Below are positions 37,749-47,367 of a DNA stretch of 64,000 nt, one piece after another. This DNA comes from an uncultured Alphaproteobacteria bacterium (GTDB lineage Bacteria; Pseudomonadota; Alphaproteobacteria; Micavibrionales; Micavibrionaceae). The position numbers and the translations under genes are program-made. The notes beneath the pieces are model-generated. The model made no database searches. It worked only from the letters and a program-made list of their open reading frames with translations, and had not been told where the DNA came from. The DNA lies in NCBI GenBank assembly GCA_937923625.1, contig CALDTV010000003.1, positions 59,845 to 123,844 of the forward strand, written 5' to 3'. Position 1 is the first letter of the stretch; every line of letters starts with the position of its first letter.

Positions 37749-38321
37749 TCAAACCTTAATCATAGAACGCATAGCCTTAAGCTCCGCCAACATGATTTCT
37801 AATACAGCGCGCTGCTTTGCGGTCATGGCTTTCTTCGCAGGGTCTGCCGCCTGTGCAGATGTAGCCACTTTTGGCGCAGACAGAGGGGCGGCATTTTCAT
37901 TCTTCGCTTCTTGCTTTTTCGCCTCCGCGAGGATTTGCTGTTTGCCCTGCCCCTTTAAAAGCTTTTGTACACCTTTAATGGTGTAACCTTCCGTATATAG
38001 CAAATGATGAATACGTTCCAGCAAGGCGACATCTTCGGGGCGATAATAACGACGACCGCCACCGCGCTTTAAGGGACGCACTTGCGAAAATTTTGTCTCC
38101 CAAAAACGTAAGACATGTTGTTGCACATCCAGCTTATCCGCCACTTCGCTAATGGTACGAAAAGCATCTTGAGATTTTTTCACACCTCTTTTCGCCGTCT
38201 TTTTGATTTCCTGCGGTTGTCTATCCCCAGAAGAGGCGGATGAAACTCTTTGTGCCTGATTTTCATCTTGCTCAAAATCATTATCAGAAGATAGAGCATT
38301 TACGTTTTGTATATTCATCAA
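37749..38321 (-). CDS. MerR-family transcriptional regulator
   Basis: HTH region [24 protein letters not shown] plus a C-terminal coiled coil. The conserved position between ihfA and tRNA-Pro, as in many alphaproteobacteria. Confidence 0.72.
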   Translation of the reverse strand: MMNIQNVNALSSDNDFEQDENQAQRVSSASSGDRQPQEIKKTAKRGVKKSQDAFRTISEVADKLDVQQHVLRFWETKFSQVRPLKRGGGRRYYRPEDVALLERIHHLLYTEGYTIKGVQKLLKGQGKQQILAEAKKQEAKNENAAPLSAPKVATSAQAADPAKKAMTAKQRAVLEIMLAELKAMRSMIKV

Positions 38322-38362
38322 TTTTTCTCTTTGCTAGGCTTCACGAAGCTGGCGATTTATTA

Positions 38363-38683
38363 TTATATATCAGCCGCTTGGGTTGCCTTGTTTATCGTTT
38401 CTTTTAAAACATGAGAAGCACGGAAAACTAGAACCTTGCGCGGTGAGATAGCGACTTCAACACCCGTTTTAGGGTTACGACCAATACGCTCCCCCTTTTC
38501 ACGCACAGCAAAACTACCAAACGATGAAATTTTGACATTATCGCCATCAACGAGGGCGTCCATCATTTCATCCAAAAGTTGCTCCACCAGATCCGATGAT
38601 TCATTCCGTGATAAGCCAACTTGGGCGTAAACAGATTCCGCCAAATCAGCGCGGGTGATGGTTTTTGATGTCTCACTGCTCAT
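38363..38683 (-). CDS. ihfA: integration host factor subunit alpha
   Basis: [85 protein letters not shown]: canonical IHF-alpha. Confidence 0.9.
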   Translation of the reverse strand: MSSETSKTITRADLAESVYAQVGLSRNESSDLVEQLLDEMMDALVDGDNVKISSFGSFAVREKGERIGRNPKTGVEVAISPRKVLVFRASHVLKETINKATQAADI

Positions 38684-38916
38684 AGAGTAATCCTTCTCAT
38701 TTATATAAAGCTAATATCTTGAAATAAGGGCGTCAACGCACATAGCTAACTTAACCACAAAATTCTAAACGTCACCCCAACCCCAGAAAGGCAAAAAGTG
38801 ATTCATTTCAAAGGACTTAGCTTTGTTTTCTAATATTTTATTATGGCATAGTATCCCCACCACTTCCATGAGAATTTTGTTAAAAAGTCACTCTGCCGTT
38901 ATTAGTTCGGTCGTTT

Positions 38917-39240
38917 TCAAACAGGGGGTGGGGTCTCTACCTCCTTGTTTTTATTTAATTTCTTTATTACTTCGTTTGTCAGCGCATTTTGCTCGCAAAA
39001 CATTATCGCGTTCACCTGCATATCAACCGTTATTTCGTTAAGCATTAAGATGTGGCGGATACGGGAAAGAAGCAATTCACTGCGGTTGCCATGCTTTAAA
39101 GCATTAAGGCAGGAAGCGCGCTTGCCCTCAACCGTGCGCGGCCCTGTCGATTTTTCCCACGGCTTGTTTTTAAGAATCCGCTCCCGCGCCTTTTGTTTCC
39201 GCTCTTCTGTCCATGCACCAGCCATAGGGTAATTTATCAT
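38917..39240 (-). CDS. hypothetical basic protein (orphan)
   Basis: 107 aa ORF, Lys/Arg-rich (KQKARERILKNKPWEKSTGPRTVEGKRASCLNALKHGNRSE). No recognisable domain. Sits in a non-conserved insertion between ihfA and fabH. Confidence 0.35.
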   Translation of the reverse strand: MINYPMAGAWTEERKQKARERILKNKPWEKSTGPRTVEGKRASCLNALKHGNRSELLLSRIRHILMLNEITVDMQVNAIMFCEQNALTNEVIKKLNKNKEVETPPPV

Positions 39241-39333
39241 AAAAACAACACAGAGAAAAGGAATATTATCCTAACATCTTCAAGCAAAGCTTGCATCCTC
39301 AAAATATATTTTAGTTGACATAACTAACACACG

Positions 39334-40176
39334 ATGTATCCTGAGTTTTTTATTTTTTGTAAGCCATTTAAAATGATAAAAGCCGACCCAGATGCTAAGC
39401 CTTTTCTCGCCACCAATAAAGTGGATGGAGGAACTTATGGAGCTCAAGAAAGCGCTCTTCGCATGGTGCTCGTCAATTTAGACCATGATGTGCGTGTCAT
39501 AAGAGAGCAGTCTACAGCCTTAAGAATTCCTATTATTAAACATTTTAGAGAAGCCATTATGGCGATAAGCCTTTATAAAAAAATTAGCGCAGCTTCAAAA
39601 ACAGACGCCAGAGAATGGTATAAAGCAACTTATAAAGAGGCTCATGTTGTATATCCTCTTTTAAGGGTTGCACAGATTGCCTTCCCTATAACATTAAGCG
39701 GCACTTATTTATACTCAGCGCATCAACATGCATCGAAGCCAAAGTTTGACTCTTGGTACAATCGTTGGAATTACCCTTCGGACTCACAAGTTTCAGAAAG
39801 AGTAACTGACGCGGTATTCTCATGGGAAAATTTAGCATTAATAGGTGTTGGACTAACTCTTCCCACCATATTTAGGGGATCTGTTCGCACGAACATGGAA
39901 AGAAAAGTTCAATTAAGGCGGTTAGATAACAGTTATACGGCGGCACGTGATTTAATAGGTGATTTTGATCCTGCAGTTTCCAAAGCCATAAGCAGAGTAC
40001 AAGGATTAAGGGCCAGCAGTGCTTTTTACGTAATGAATTTAATTCCTAATATTGCAAGAGAATTTTTATTTAAAACGCACACAACCGCGATTGAGCAAGA
40101 AAGGGAATATAAAGGAGTAAAAAAGAAAAGAGGCATTATTAGCAGACTTCTCGTTAAAGGCCCTGCGCATTATTAA
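39334..40176 (+). CDS. hypothetical protein (orphan, 280 aa)
   Basis: Long ORF, alternative ATG at 39373. Its stop overlaps the fabH stop on the opposite strand (shared TTAA). No recognisable domain. Confidence 0.45.
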   Translation: MYPEFFIFCKPFKMIKADPDAKPFLATNKVDGGTYGAQESALRMVLVNLDHDVRVIREQSTALRIPIIKHFREAIMAISLYKKISAASKTDAREWYKATYKEAHVVYPLLRVAQIAFPITLSGTYLYSAHQHASKPKFDSWYNRWNYPSDSQVSERVTDAVFSWENLALIGVGLTLPTIFRGSVRTNMERKVQLRRLDNSYTAARDLIGDFDPAVSKAISRVQGLRASSAFYVMNLIPNIAREFLFKTHTTAIEQEREYKGVKKKRGIISRLLVKGPAHY

Positions 40177-41147
40177 AACCGCACCAACGCTGCGCCCCAT
40201 GTGAGACCGCCGCCCATGGCTTCTATTAATAATAATTGTCCGCGTTTTATGCGCCCGTCCCGCACCGCTTCATCGAGCGCCAAGGGAATAGAAGCCGCAG
40301 AAGTATTGCCATGACGATCAACGGTCACAACGACTTTATCCATGGACATATTGAGTTTATCTGCTGTGGCTGAAATAATTCTGATATTTGCCTGATGTGG
40401 CACGAGCCAATCAATTTTATCGGCGGTGATGTTATTATGCTCCAGCGTTTCTTTAACCACATCGGCCATGTAGCTTACGGCATATTTAAAAACGTCGCGC
40501 CCTTGCATCTCAATGTGTCCATTGTCGCCCGTTGTGGAAACGCCGCCCGTTGTTTGAAGCATATCACGTTGCTTTCCATTGGCATAAAGATGCGTGGAAT
40601 GAATTCCCTGCCCGTCTAATCCGTCATTATTTTCTTTGGCTTCCAAGATAACCGCCCCTGCCCCGTCGGCAAAAAGAACGCAGGTTGTGCGGTCTTCCCA
40701 GTTCACGAGGGAGGACATTTTTTCTGCGCCAATCACAAGAATGCGTTTGGCTTGCCCCAACTTAATGAAATTATCCGCCACCGTAAGCGCATAAACAAAG
40801 CCTGTGCAAACCGCCTGTACATCGAATGCCAAACCTGATGGAATATTCAACTCCCCTTGCACCTTCACCGCCACAGATGGAAATGTGCGGTCGGGTGTGG
40901 TGGTGGCAACAATAACGCCATCTATTTCATCGGGTGAAATGCCCGCGGCTTCTATCGCGTTACGGGCGGCGGCGAGCGCCATATCGCCCGTGCTTTCATC
41001 ATCTGCTGCAATGTGGCGTTCTTTGATTCCACTACGCTGTGTGATCCATTCATCACTGGTATCAACGATTTTTTCCAAATCCGCATTGGTTAGAATTTTA
41101 GGCGGCAAGTAAGAGCCTGTGCCAATGATAATCGAATGAATTGCCAT
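40173..41147 (-). CDS. fabH: 3-oxoacyl-ACP synthase III
   Basis: MAIHSIIIGTGSYLP...; catalytic Cys context AFDVQAVCTGFVYAL; His/Asn region GNTSAASIPLAL; 324 aa. Confidence 0.9.
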   Translation of the reverse strand: MAIHSIIIGTGSYLPPKILTNADLEKIVDTSDEWITQRSGIKERHIAADDESTGDMALAAARNAIEAAGISPDEIDGVIVATTTPDRTFPSVAVKVQGELNIPSGLAFDVQAVCTGFVYALTVADNFIKLGQAKRILVIGAEKMSSLVNWEDRTTCVLFADGAGAVILEAKENNDGLDGQGIHSTHLYANGKQRDMLQTTGGVSTTGDNGHIEMQGRDVFKYAVSYMADVVKETLEHNNITADKIDWLVPHQANIRIISATADKLNMSMDKVVVTVDRHGNTSAASIPLALDEAVRDGRIKRGQLLLIEAMGGGLTWGAALVRF

Positions 41148-41158
41148 ACTTTTTATCC

Positions 41159-42205
41159 TTAAACCCCAACTGCGGAAACAAATGACTCTTGGCTCATGAG
41201 CTGTTCAATCTCATCTGCCACGCGCTGGTTAAAGCCATTGCGAATAAGATCATAAGCCACCAATATCGCGTTTTCCGTTCCCAAGGCATCACTATGACCG
41301 TGACTTTTAACGGCGATACCGTTCAGGCCTAAGAACATACCGCCGTTATATTTGCGCCCATCAACTTTATCTTTCATACGATTGATCGCGCCGCGTGAGA
41401 GTAAATACCCCAGCATCGCCAGCGGTGAAGATTTAAACGCATCGGTTAAAAAATGTTTCGACATTTTGCCAACGCCTTCGGCCGTTTTTAAAGCGACATT
41501 GCCCGTAAAACCATCGGTAACAACAACATCCACGGTTCCCTTGGTAATATCATTGCCTTCGATAAAACCATAATATTTCCCTGGAAATTCGACGTTGGCC
41601 AAAATAGCGGCAGCAGCGCGAAGCTCCTCATGCCCTTTCATTTCTTCCGTTCCCACATTCAACAAGCCAACGCTGGGCGCGCCAATATTTTGTACAACTC
41701 GCGCATAAACAGCGCCAAGCACAGCAAATTGCGTGAGGACTTCGGCATCGCAAACAAGGTTCGCGCCTAAATCTAACATGACTGTTTTGCCCTGCACCGT
41801 CGGAAACACCGATGCAATTGCAGGGCGATTAATACCCGGCAAGCACCGCAACATCATTTTTGACATGGCCATTAACGCCCCCGTATTACCCGCGGAGACA
41901 ACGCCATCTGCTTTACCTTCTTTAACAGCTTTGATCGCGTTCCACATGCTGGAGTTCTTACCACCACGCAAAGCGGCAGAGGGTTTATCCGTTCCCGATA
42001 CGACAATATCCGTATGATCTATCAGGGCGTTTTTCTTTAAATCTGGGTGTTGATTTAAAATGGGGCTTATAACGCGCTCATTGCCAAAAATTTGGAATTG
42101 CGCCCCCTCCATTTTTTTCAACGCGTTCGCCGCCGCAGGAATAATCACAGAAGGCCCGTAATCCCCCCCCATGGCATCAATAGCTATTGTAAATTTTTGT
42201 GACAT
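41159..42205 (-). CDS. plsX: phosphate acyltransferase PlsX
   Basis: MSQKFTIAIDAMGGDYGP...; 348 aa. Lies between rpmF and fabH as in the conserved rpmF-plsX-fabH operon. Confidence 0.9.
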   Translation of the reverse strand: MSQKFTIAIDAMGGDYGPSVIIPAAANALKKMEGAQFQIFGNERVISPILNQHPDLKKNALIDHTDIVVSGTDKPSAALRGGKNSSMWNAIKAVKEGKADGVVSAGNTGALMAMSKMMLRCLPGINRPAIASVFPTVQGKTVMLDLGANLVCDAEVLTQFAVLGAVYARVVQNIGAPSVGLLNVGTEEMKGHEELRAAAAILANVEFPGKYYGFIEGNDITKGTVDVVVTDGFTGNVALKTAEGVGKMSKHFLTDAFKSSPLAMLGYLLSRGAINRMKDKVDGRKYNGGMFLGLNGIAVKSHGHSDALGTENAILVAYDLIRNGFNQRVADEIEQLMSQESFVSAVGV

Positions 42206-42403
42206 TATGTGCGATATCGCGTTTGTGAATATTTATATAAGACGTTGAAATTACAACGCAGCACAAGGAAGTCAATCATTAAACCCGTGACAAGATAGCT
42301 TAACCACCTGATATTAAAGCGAACAAAGCCTTATGAGGAATATAAACAAAAAATCCCGCGAGCAAGCCGCGGGATAGAATGAATGATTTAAGCTCAAAAA
42401 AGC

Positions 42404-42583
42404 TTACTCAGCTTCTGTTAAAACCTGACGGCCTTTATACATGCCTGTTTTCAGATCAATATGGTGACGGCGCTTTGGCTCACCTGTATTTTGATCTTCA
42501 ACCCAGTTTACGGCCTTCAACGCATCGTGCGAACGACGCATGTTACGGTTACGTTTACTGATTTTGGTCTTTGGAACTGCCAT
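42404..42583 (-). CDS. rpmF: 50S ribosomal protein L32
   Basis: The minus strand encodes [58 protein letters not shown]. The tracked + ORF 42379..42561 is antisense to it. Confidence 0.85.
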   Translation of the reverse strand: MAVPKTKISKRNRNMRRSHDALKAVNWVEDQNTGEPKRRHHIDLKTGMYKGRQVLTEAE

Positions 42584-42717
42584 GATTTTATCCTTTTTTA
42601 AAATGTCGCCCTACCCGCAAGCGGTAAAGCGATACGTCTGAATCCCTTAAAATTAAGGAGATTCTTTTTAATTCTGCCGTTTTTTAACCAATAACTCTGC
42701 CGATTGCAAGTGAAATA

Positions 42718-43317
42718 TCACCTATTCTCTTTCCAGTCCTTCAACGCCTCAAACGGATTTTTGCGTAACGGGGATTTTTCGTCGATTTGCACTTTATCAT
42801 CCCCCGATTCATATTTTACGCCATCTTTATGCGGATAAGCAGGAATCGCCAGCGATAGATGCTGTGTGACCAGCTCCCCCAAATCGATGACGCCATTAAT
42901 GACGGCTTCGGGATCATCTTTTTCATCCATGATCTCAATTTCCCCTTGGGATTTTACGACATCACGCTCACGCTTGGCGCTGACAAAGGACACAGCTTTT
43001 TCTTTATCCGCAAACCAGCCCTCAACAGGCTCCGACAGCTCCGCGCCAAATTGTTCCAGCGTCACAACACATTCCAACAAAACCATCGCATGAAACATGC
43101 CTTTAACGTGGATAATATTGCTGCCTTTTGTTGAATTCAGGATTAAATCTGCCTTGATTGATTTAATCGCAGGGACATTTAAACGGCGGGCAACATCAAG
43201 GCATTCTTCCTCTGAAGCTTCGATTGTTAGTTTTGTATCAGTGGCATGAAGGTCATCAACATCAAAAAAATGCGACCATTCTTGTTCGGTCAATTCTGTT
43301 TTAGCCATATTCTTCAT
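42718..43317 (-). CDS. yceD: YceD/DUF177 family 23S rRNA accumulation protein
   Basis: 199 aa acidic protein immediately upstream of rpmF. Has the metal-binding-like Cys/His pattern and the conserved position. Confidence 0.75.
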   Translation of the reverse strand: MKNMAKTELTEQEWSHFFDVDDLHATDTKLTIEASEEECLDVARRLNVPAIKSIKADLILNSTKGSNIIHVKGMFHAMVLLECVVTLEQFGAELSEPVEGWFADKEKAVSFVSAKRERDVVKSQGEIEIMDEKDDPEAVINGVIDLGELVTQHLSLAIPAYPHKDGVKYESGDDKVQIDEKSPLRKNPFEALKDWKENR

Positions 43318-43825
43318 CCTTTAAACATGGATCAGTAAATGTCGCTTCTTTGCTGTCCGTCGCAACATTTGATTTAATATATTTAAGCATATTCGCCATT
43401 GCTTGTGCATCGGGGGTCTCAACCGTACCATAGATGTTTTGACGAATGGCTTGCGTTAATTCAGCATCATCCCCTTTTAATATTGCCGTTTCATAATGCG
43501 TCGCACGACCATTAAAGCCCTGCATCATGCGTTTCATATGTTTCGGCACACCAAGGTCACCGATCCCCATTTCGCGTAAATTCTTTTCGATATTACGAAA
43601 AAACACATCGAATAAACTTTGCGATAACTTCTTCTCCCCCGCTTCGTTTAAACGGCGCATCATAATGTAACAATGCAAAGCCAGCATTTCAAAACGCCCA
43701 TCCACCGTATCTGGTACAGCATATTGCGCATAAAATGCAGGCAAGCGCGATTGCGCGCGCAACGCGTCATACAGGGCGATGGCTTTTTTCTTACGGGCAC
43801 ACTTTTGGGGTAATAGATCAAACAT
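43301..43825 (-). CDS. ubiquinol-cytochrome c chaperone-family protein (Cbp3-like)
   Basis: 174 aa. Matches the pattern of the Ubiq_cyt_C_chap domain as I recall it (DTVDGRFEMLALHCYIMMRRL). The position next to yceD is conserved in alphaproteobacteria. Confidence 0.55.
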   Translation of the reverse strand: MFDLLPQKCARKKKAIALYDALRAQSRLPAFYAQYAVPDTVDGRFEMLALHCYIMMRRLNEAGEKKLSQSLFDVFFRNIEKNLREMGIGDLGVPKHMKRMMQGFNGRATHYETAILKGDDAELTQAIRQNIYGTVETPDAQAMANMLKYIKSNVATDSKEATFTDPCLKDEEYG

Positions 43826-43863
43826 TCTTGATTTTTTACGGATTCATCCGTTATATAGCAAGC

Positions 43864-44334
43864 ATGAAAAACATCAAAAATCTCCTTAGCCTCTCCCTTA
43901 GCGCCATAATATTGACGGCGGCCTGTACCCCGACACAAACAACGCGGGGCAATATGGTCGAAGATTTCCGCATATCGGAAATAACAGAAGGCATCAGCAC
44001 CCAAACCAATGTTCTAAAATCATTGGGATCACCAACGACCAAGGCGCCCTTTGACGATAAGGTCTGGTATTACATTGGACAAAAAATGGAGAAAAAAGGT
44101 ATTTTTGACCCCCAAGTCACCGAAGAGCAGGTCGTTCGGGTTTCTTTTAACGATAAAGGTATTGTTGAAACAATACAGCGTGTGGATGCCGACCGTATTG
44201 AAGTTCCGCGTGTGCGCCGCAAAACCCCCACGAGCGGTAATGATATTACCGTTTTAGAGCAAGTTTTGGGTAATGTTGGGCGTTTCAACAAAAATGCAGG
44301 CAACGCCACCGATACAGCCGGCGTGAACAGATAA
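43864..44334 (+). CDS. bamE: outer membrane protein assembly factor BamE (SmpA/OmlA)
   Basis: Start at the internal ATG (MKNIKNLLSLSLSAIILTAAC, lipobox). Followed by QTTRGNMVEDF...SLGSPT...FDDKVWYY, typical of BamE. Confidence 0.7.
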   Translation: MKNIKNLLSLSLSAIILTAACTPTQTTRGNMVEDFRISEITEGISTQTNVLKSLGSPTTKAPFDDKVWYYIGQKMEKKGIFDPQVTEEQVVRVSFNDKGIVETIQRVDADRIEVPRVRRKTPTSGNDITVLEQVLGNVGRFNKNAGNATDTAGVNR

Positions 44335-44395
44335 AATTATTGACATAATAAAAATGTATTGTTAATGTCCTTGTCAGTTTTATGAAAGACAAAAC

Positions 44396-45031
44396 ATGCG
44401 TTATTTTACAAAATTATTAACCTCTGCTGCGTTTTTATTTGGTTTATCCGGAACAGCCATTGCGCAAAACGCTCATACATCAATGGCAAGCAGCTTCCAA
44501 GAAGCTGCTAGTGTTACAGCTCCCAATGCTGAAGTCCTGCCAGAAGTCCTGTCAGAAGCTCCATATGTAACGTATTCTTATCCTGTATATTTTGATAAAT
44601 GCCTTTCTGATGGGCATAAAATTTCCATTCAAGTTGATACCGTTATTTCGAGCTTAGAAGAAAAAGTTCCTGACATCACAAAGGCCCTAAAAGGCGCATT
44701 TATGCCCTTAGAACCGCAAATCGGTCAGATTTCATCTGCCCTCAGCGCTGAAGATATTTTAGCAGATGATTACTCGACGCGGCGCGATAGCCTTCATAAT
44801 TATTTCAACACCTATACCGCCCAAATGGGCTACGAGGCATTAAAGCTCGTTCAAACGGTCGCCCCTGGCTCAGCCTTGATCTCGTTCCCCTCTATGTCTG
44901 ACATATTCTTTTATGAAGGACTTCCGATAGATCCGAATAAAGCACATGAAGACACAGGGGCTGACTTCGAATTTGATACTGACGGAAATTTCTATCGCCA
45001 CGGCGATTGTGTTCCTGTAGCCCCCGCTTAA
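44396..45031 (+). CDS. hypothetical secreted protein
   Basis: 211 aa, signal peptide MRYFTKLLTSAAFLFGLSGTAIAQ; no recognised domain. Confidence 0.5.
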   Translation: MRYFTKLLTSAAFLFGLSGTAIAQNAHTSMASSFQEAASVTAPNAEVLPEVLSEAPYVTYSYPVYFDKCLSDGHKISIQVDTVISSLEEKVPDITKALKGAFMPLEPQIGQISSALSAEDILADDYSTRRDSLHNYFNTYTAQMGYEALKLVQTVAPGSALISFPSMSDIFFYEGLPIDPNKAHEDTGADFEFDTDGNFYRHGDCVPVAPA

Positions 45032-45067
45032 TGTCTCTATAAAAAATATAGCGCCCCTTTTTAAGGC

Positions 45068-45098
45068 AAAAAAACCCGATCACAATAAAGTGATCGGG
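45068..45098 (-). terminator. rho-independent terminator downstream of fliL
   Basis: CCCGATCAC-TTTATT-GTGATCGGG perfect 9 bp stem followed by T7 on the minus strand. Confidence 0.55.
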
Positions 45099-45180
45099 CC
45101 TTACTTCTTTGAGCTAATTTCTAAGGAAATAAAAAAAACTCTCTTAATAAATATCTTATATTTTTTGTATTAATGAATGC

Positions 45181-45678
45181 TTAAATTGGGCGTTGATTTA
45201 CCACCTGTAAGAGCACATCATTCACTTTATCTTCCCCCAATACTTTTGAAGATAAGCGGTTTAAGCGCATCTTTAATTGATCAACTTTAACCATTCCCCC
45301 TTCCATAGAGGCTTTGCGGCTTAACACACCGTACATATCTTGGATAAAAGCATCCTTTAAACGTGGTGTTAGATTTTCTGCATATTCGGCATTTTCATCA
45401 CCATCCACTTCCAATGACACAACCAATGTGACCACTTGGGTCACACCACTTTCATCTATGATGGGAAGAATAATCGGATCAAGCTTGACGAAGCGTAAAT
45501 TTTTGGCGCGCTCTTCAGCAGACATCGCCGCTTTCTTTGCGGCTAGTTTTTTTGCTATAGCTTCCTCGCTTGCGCCGCCATAAGAAGCCTCTGCGCTCTG
45601 TTTAAAGAAAAAATAGCCACTAACCCCGCCCACACCGATGAGTATTACTGCCACCAATAAAATGAAAACATATTTCAT
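45181..45678 (-). CDS. fliL: flagellar basal-body-associated protein FliL
   Basis: 165 aa. N-terminal TM helix (VFILLVAVILIGVGGVSGYFFF), then the conserved FliL region (FVKLDPIILPIIDESGVTQVVTLVVSLEV...LTPRLKDAFIQ). Confidence 0.68.
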   Translation of the reverse strand: MKYVFILLVAVILIGVGGVSGYFFFKQSAEASYGGASEEAIAKKLAAKKAAMSAEERAKNLRFVKLDPIILPIIDESGVTQVVTLVVSLEVDGDENAEYAENLTPRLKDAFIQDMYGVLSRKASMEGGMVKVDQLKMRLNRLSSKVLGEDKVNDVLLQVVNQRPI

Positions 45679-45847
45679 TTTTTATTTATTCCTGTCTCGG
45701 CTTTTTTTAACACGCCAATTGCTAAGTTTTTTCTTAAATCACTTAAATAGGATACAAGAAAAACGTTAACAAAACGTATCTAAGACAAGACTAAATCATT
45801 GGTTTTAATGAATTTTGCATACGCGCGTATGGCGTTATGTTAATAAG

Positions 45848-46327
45848 TCAATCTCTCACAGTTTTTTTCAATGAATCGAGCACTGCGTTGACTAATTTTG
45901 CTTCTTTTTCATCATAAAAAGCATGGGTGACATGAAGATAATCAGAAATAATCACGGGGGCGTCAATTTTAGGCATCATCATAAGTTCATAAGCGCCGCA
46001 TAAAAAAATCGCATTTAACAAAGGCTCTGTCTTTTGACCGCTTTTTTTCTCCCCACGATTATGCGCAACCATTTCTCCTAATTGGATAATATGCTCCTCA
46101 ACGCCTTGCACCAGCGACGTAAAATGCTCTTGATCTGGCGCGACCATCACCTCTCCATCGCCTTCGACATCGACGCCAGCACGATGATCTAAAAATTCCC
46201 GAATAACTATTTTGGCGTCTTGCTCATTTTTATGCATCTGATAAACCGCCTGCACCGCCAATAATCTGGCGGCACTTTTACGGGCAATCACAGAGCCTTG
46301 GTTTTTATGTTGTTTTTGAGCCGTCAT
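45848..46327 (-). CDS. nusB: transcription antitermination factor NusB
   Basis: SAARLLAVQAVYQMH...; 159 aa. Sits downstream of ribH in the conserved ribH-nusB arrangement. Confidence 0.85.
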   Translation of the reverse strand: MTAQKQHKNQGSVIARKSAARLLAVQAVYQMHKNEQDAKIVIREFLDHRAGVDVEGDGEVMVAPDQEHFTSLVQGVEEHIIQLGEMVAHNRGEKKSGQKTEPLLNAIFLCGAYELMMMPKIDAPVIISDYLHVTHAFYDEKEAKLVNAVLDSLKKTVRD

Positions 46328-46341
46328 TATCTATCCTAAAC

Positions 46342-46515
46342 TTAAATTGGCGGTTTTCCCTTTAAGGCATGAATAACAGCAGAGACCACAAAAAGAACAA
46401 GAAAGATAACAAAAAGTATCTTCGCGATTTCAGTTGCGCCTTCGGCGATGTTTCCAAAGCCAAAGACACCCGCAATAATTGCGACAATGAAAAACGTTAA
46501 GGCCATTCTCAACAT
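46342..46515 (-). CDS. DUF1328-family small membrane protein
   Basis: 57 aa: [57 protein letters not shown]. Matches the DUF1328 pattern (two TM helices with a GFGG/A-like loop). Below the ORF-track size cutoff. Confidence 0.55.
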   Translation of the reverse strand: MLRMALTFFIVAIIAGVFGFGNIAEGATEIAKILFVIFLVLFVVSAVIHALKGKPPI

Positions 46516-46540
46516 AACAATATCCTTTTTAATAAGCTGC

Positions 46541-47035
46541 CTAAGCAGCCTTATCTAATACATTGATCTCACTCATGTTTTCAAGTGTTTTTATGCAGGC
46601 CGCCGCGGCTTCTTCGCCTTTTATCTTAAAATGATCAAAAAAGAATTTTTCATGCGCTTCGTTACCTTCACGAAAATTTAAGGGCGTCAGCACAGCAGAA
46701 AGAACAGGCACACCAGTATCCAGCTGAACGCGCATCATACCATCCAGCACCGCATGATTCACATATTCATGGTGGTAAATCCCCCCATTAATGATCATAC
46801 CAGCGCAGACAATAATGGCGTATTTTCCCGTTTCTATAAGCTTTTTTGCCTGAAGCGGAATTTCAAGCGAGCCCGGCACATCAAAAACATCAATGCGCTG
46901 ATTTATGACACCTGCCGCTTTCATATTATCAATGAATGCTTTTCGGCACTCCCCGACAATATCGCTGTGCCAATTGGCTTGAATAAAAGCAATTTTATGG
47001 TTTGGATCTAATTTTACTTGGTTAATCTGATTCAT
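46541..47035 (-). CDS. ribH: 6,7-dimethyl-8-ribityllumazine synthase
   Basis: 164 aa. Lumazine synthase fold motifs ([18 protein letters not shown]; VPVLSAVLT). Confidence 0.88.
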   Translation of the reverse strand: MNQINQVKLDPNHKIAFIQANWHSDIVGECRKAFIDNMKAAGVINQRIDVFDVPGSLEIPLQAKKLIETGKYAIIVCAGMIINGGIYHHEYVNHAVLDGMMRVQLDTGVPVLSAVLTPLNFREGNEAHEKFFFDHFKIKGEEAAAACIKTLENMSEINVLDKAA

Positions 47036-47191
47036 TGTTTTTCCTTTATTAAAAACGTTTCATGAATCAGGGCATGAGTCTTTAAATACTGTCCTTCCCG
47101 CAAGCGAGAGGACACAACAAGCAGATGCATATATACTTATATGCCATCGTGCCGCCTCAGCCTGCCGTTTTAGCGGCAAGGCGATTTTAAA

Positions 47192-47352
47192 AACCATTCT
47201 CTTTCATCCGGACTATGACCGTCGGTGTTAGAATTTCACTAACTCTGCTTGACCCTTGTTTAACGTATTCTTTTTTTTATAGAATGCTTTAAACAAGGCG
47301 CTCGCGGACTTTAACCGCCGGTAGGGAATTTCACCCTGCCCTGAGAACTGAT
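47192..47352 (-). ncRNA. FMN riboswitch (RFN element) upstream of ribH
   Basis: The minus strand reads ...TTCTCAGGGCAGGGTGAAATTCCCTACCGGCGGT...CACCGACGGTCATAGTCCGGATGAAAGAGAATGG, matching conserved RFN cores. The P1 halves TTCTC/GAGAA close the aptamer. A GC hairpin expression platform follows, about 150 nt before the ribH ATG. Confidence 0.8.
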
Positions 47353-47367
47353 ACTAATATAAGAAAG

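Noticed and set aside
37183-38362. Integrase or other mobile-element gene next to the tRNA-Pro att-like repeat
   Set aside because: Flanking genes are DUF2853, a MerR regulator and ihfA in conserved synteny. No recombinase-like ORF is present on either strand.
42379-42561. Tracked + ORF (60 aa) between plsX and yceD
   Set aside because: The opposite strand encodes canonical ribosomal protein L32 (rpmF), so the + ORF is an antisense artefact.
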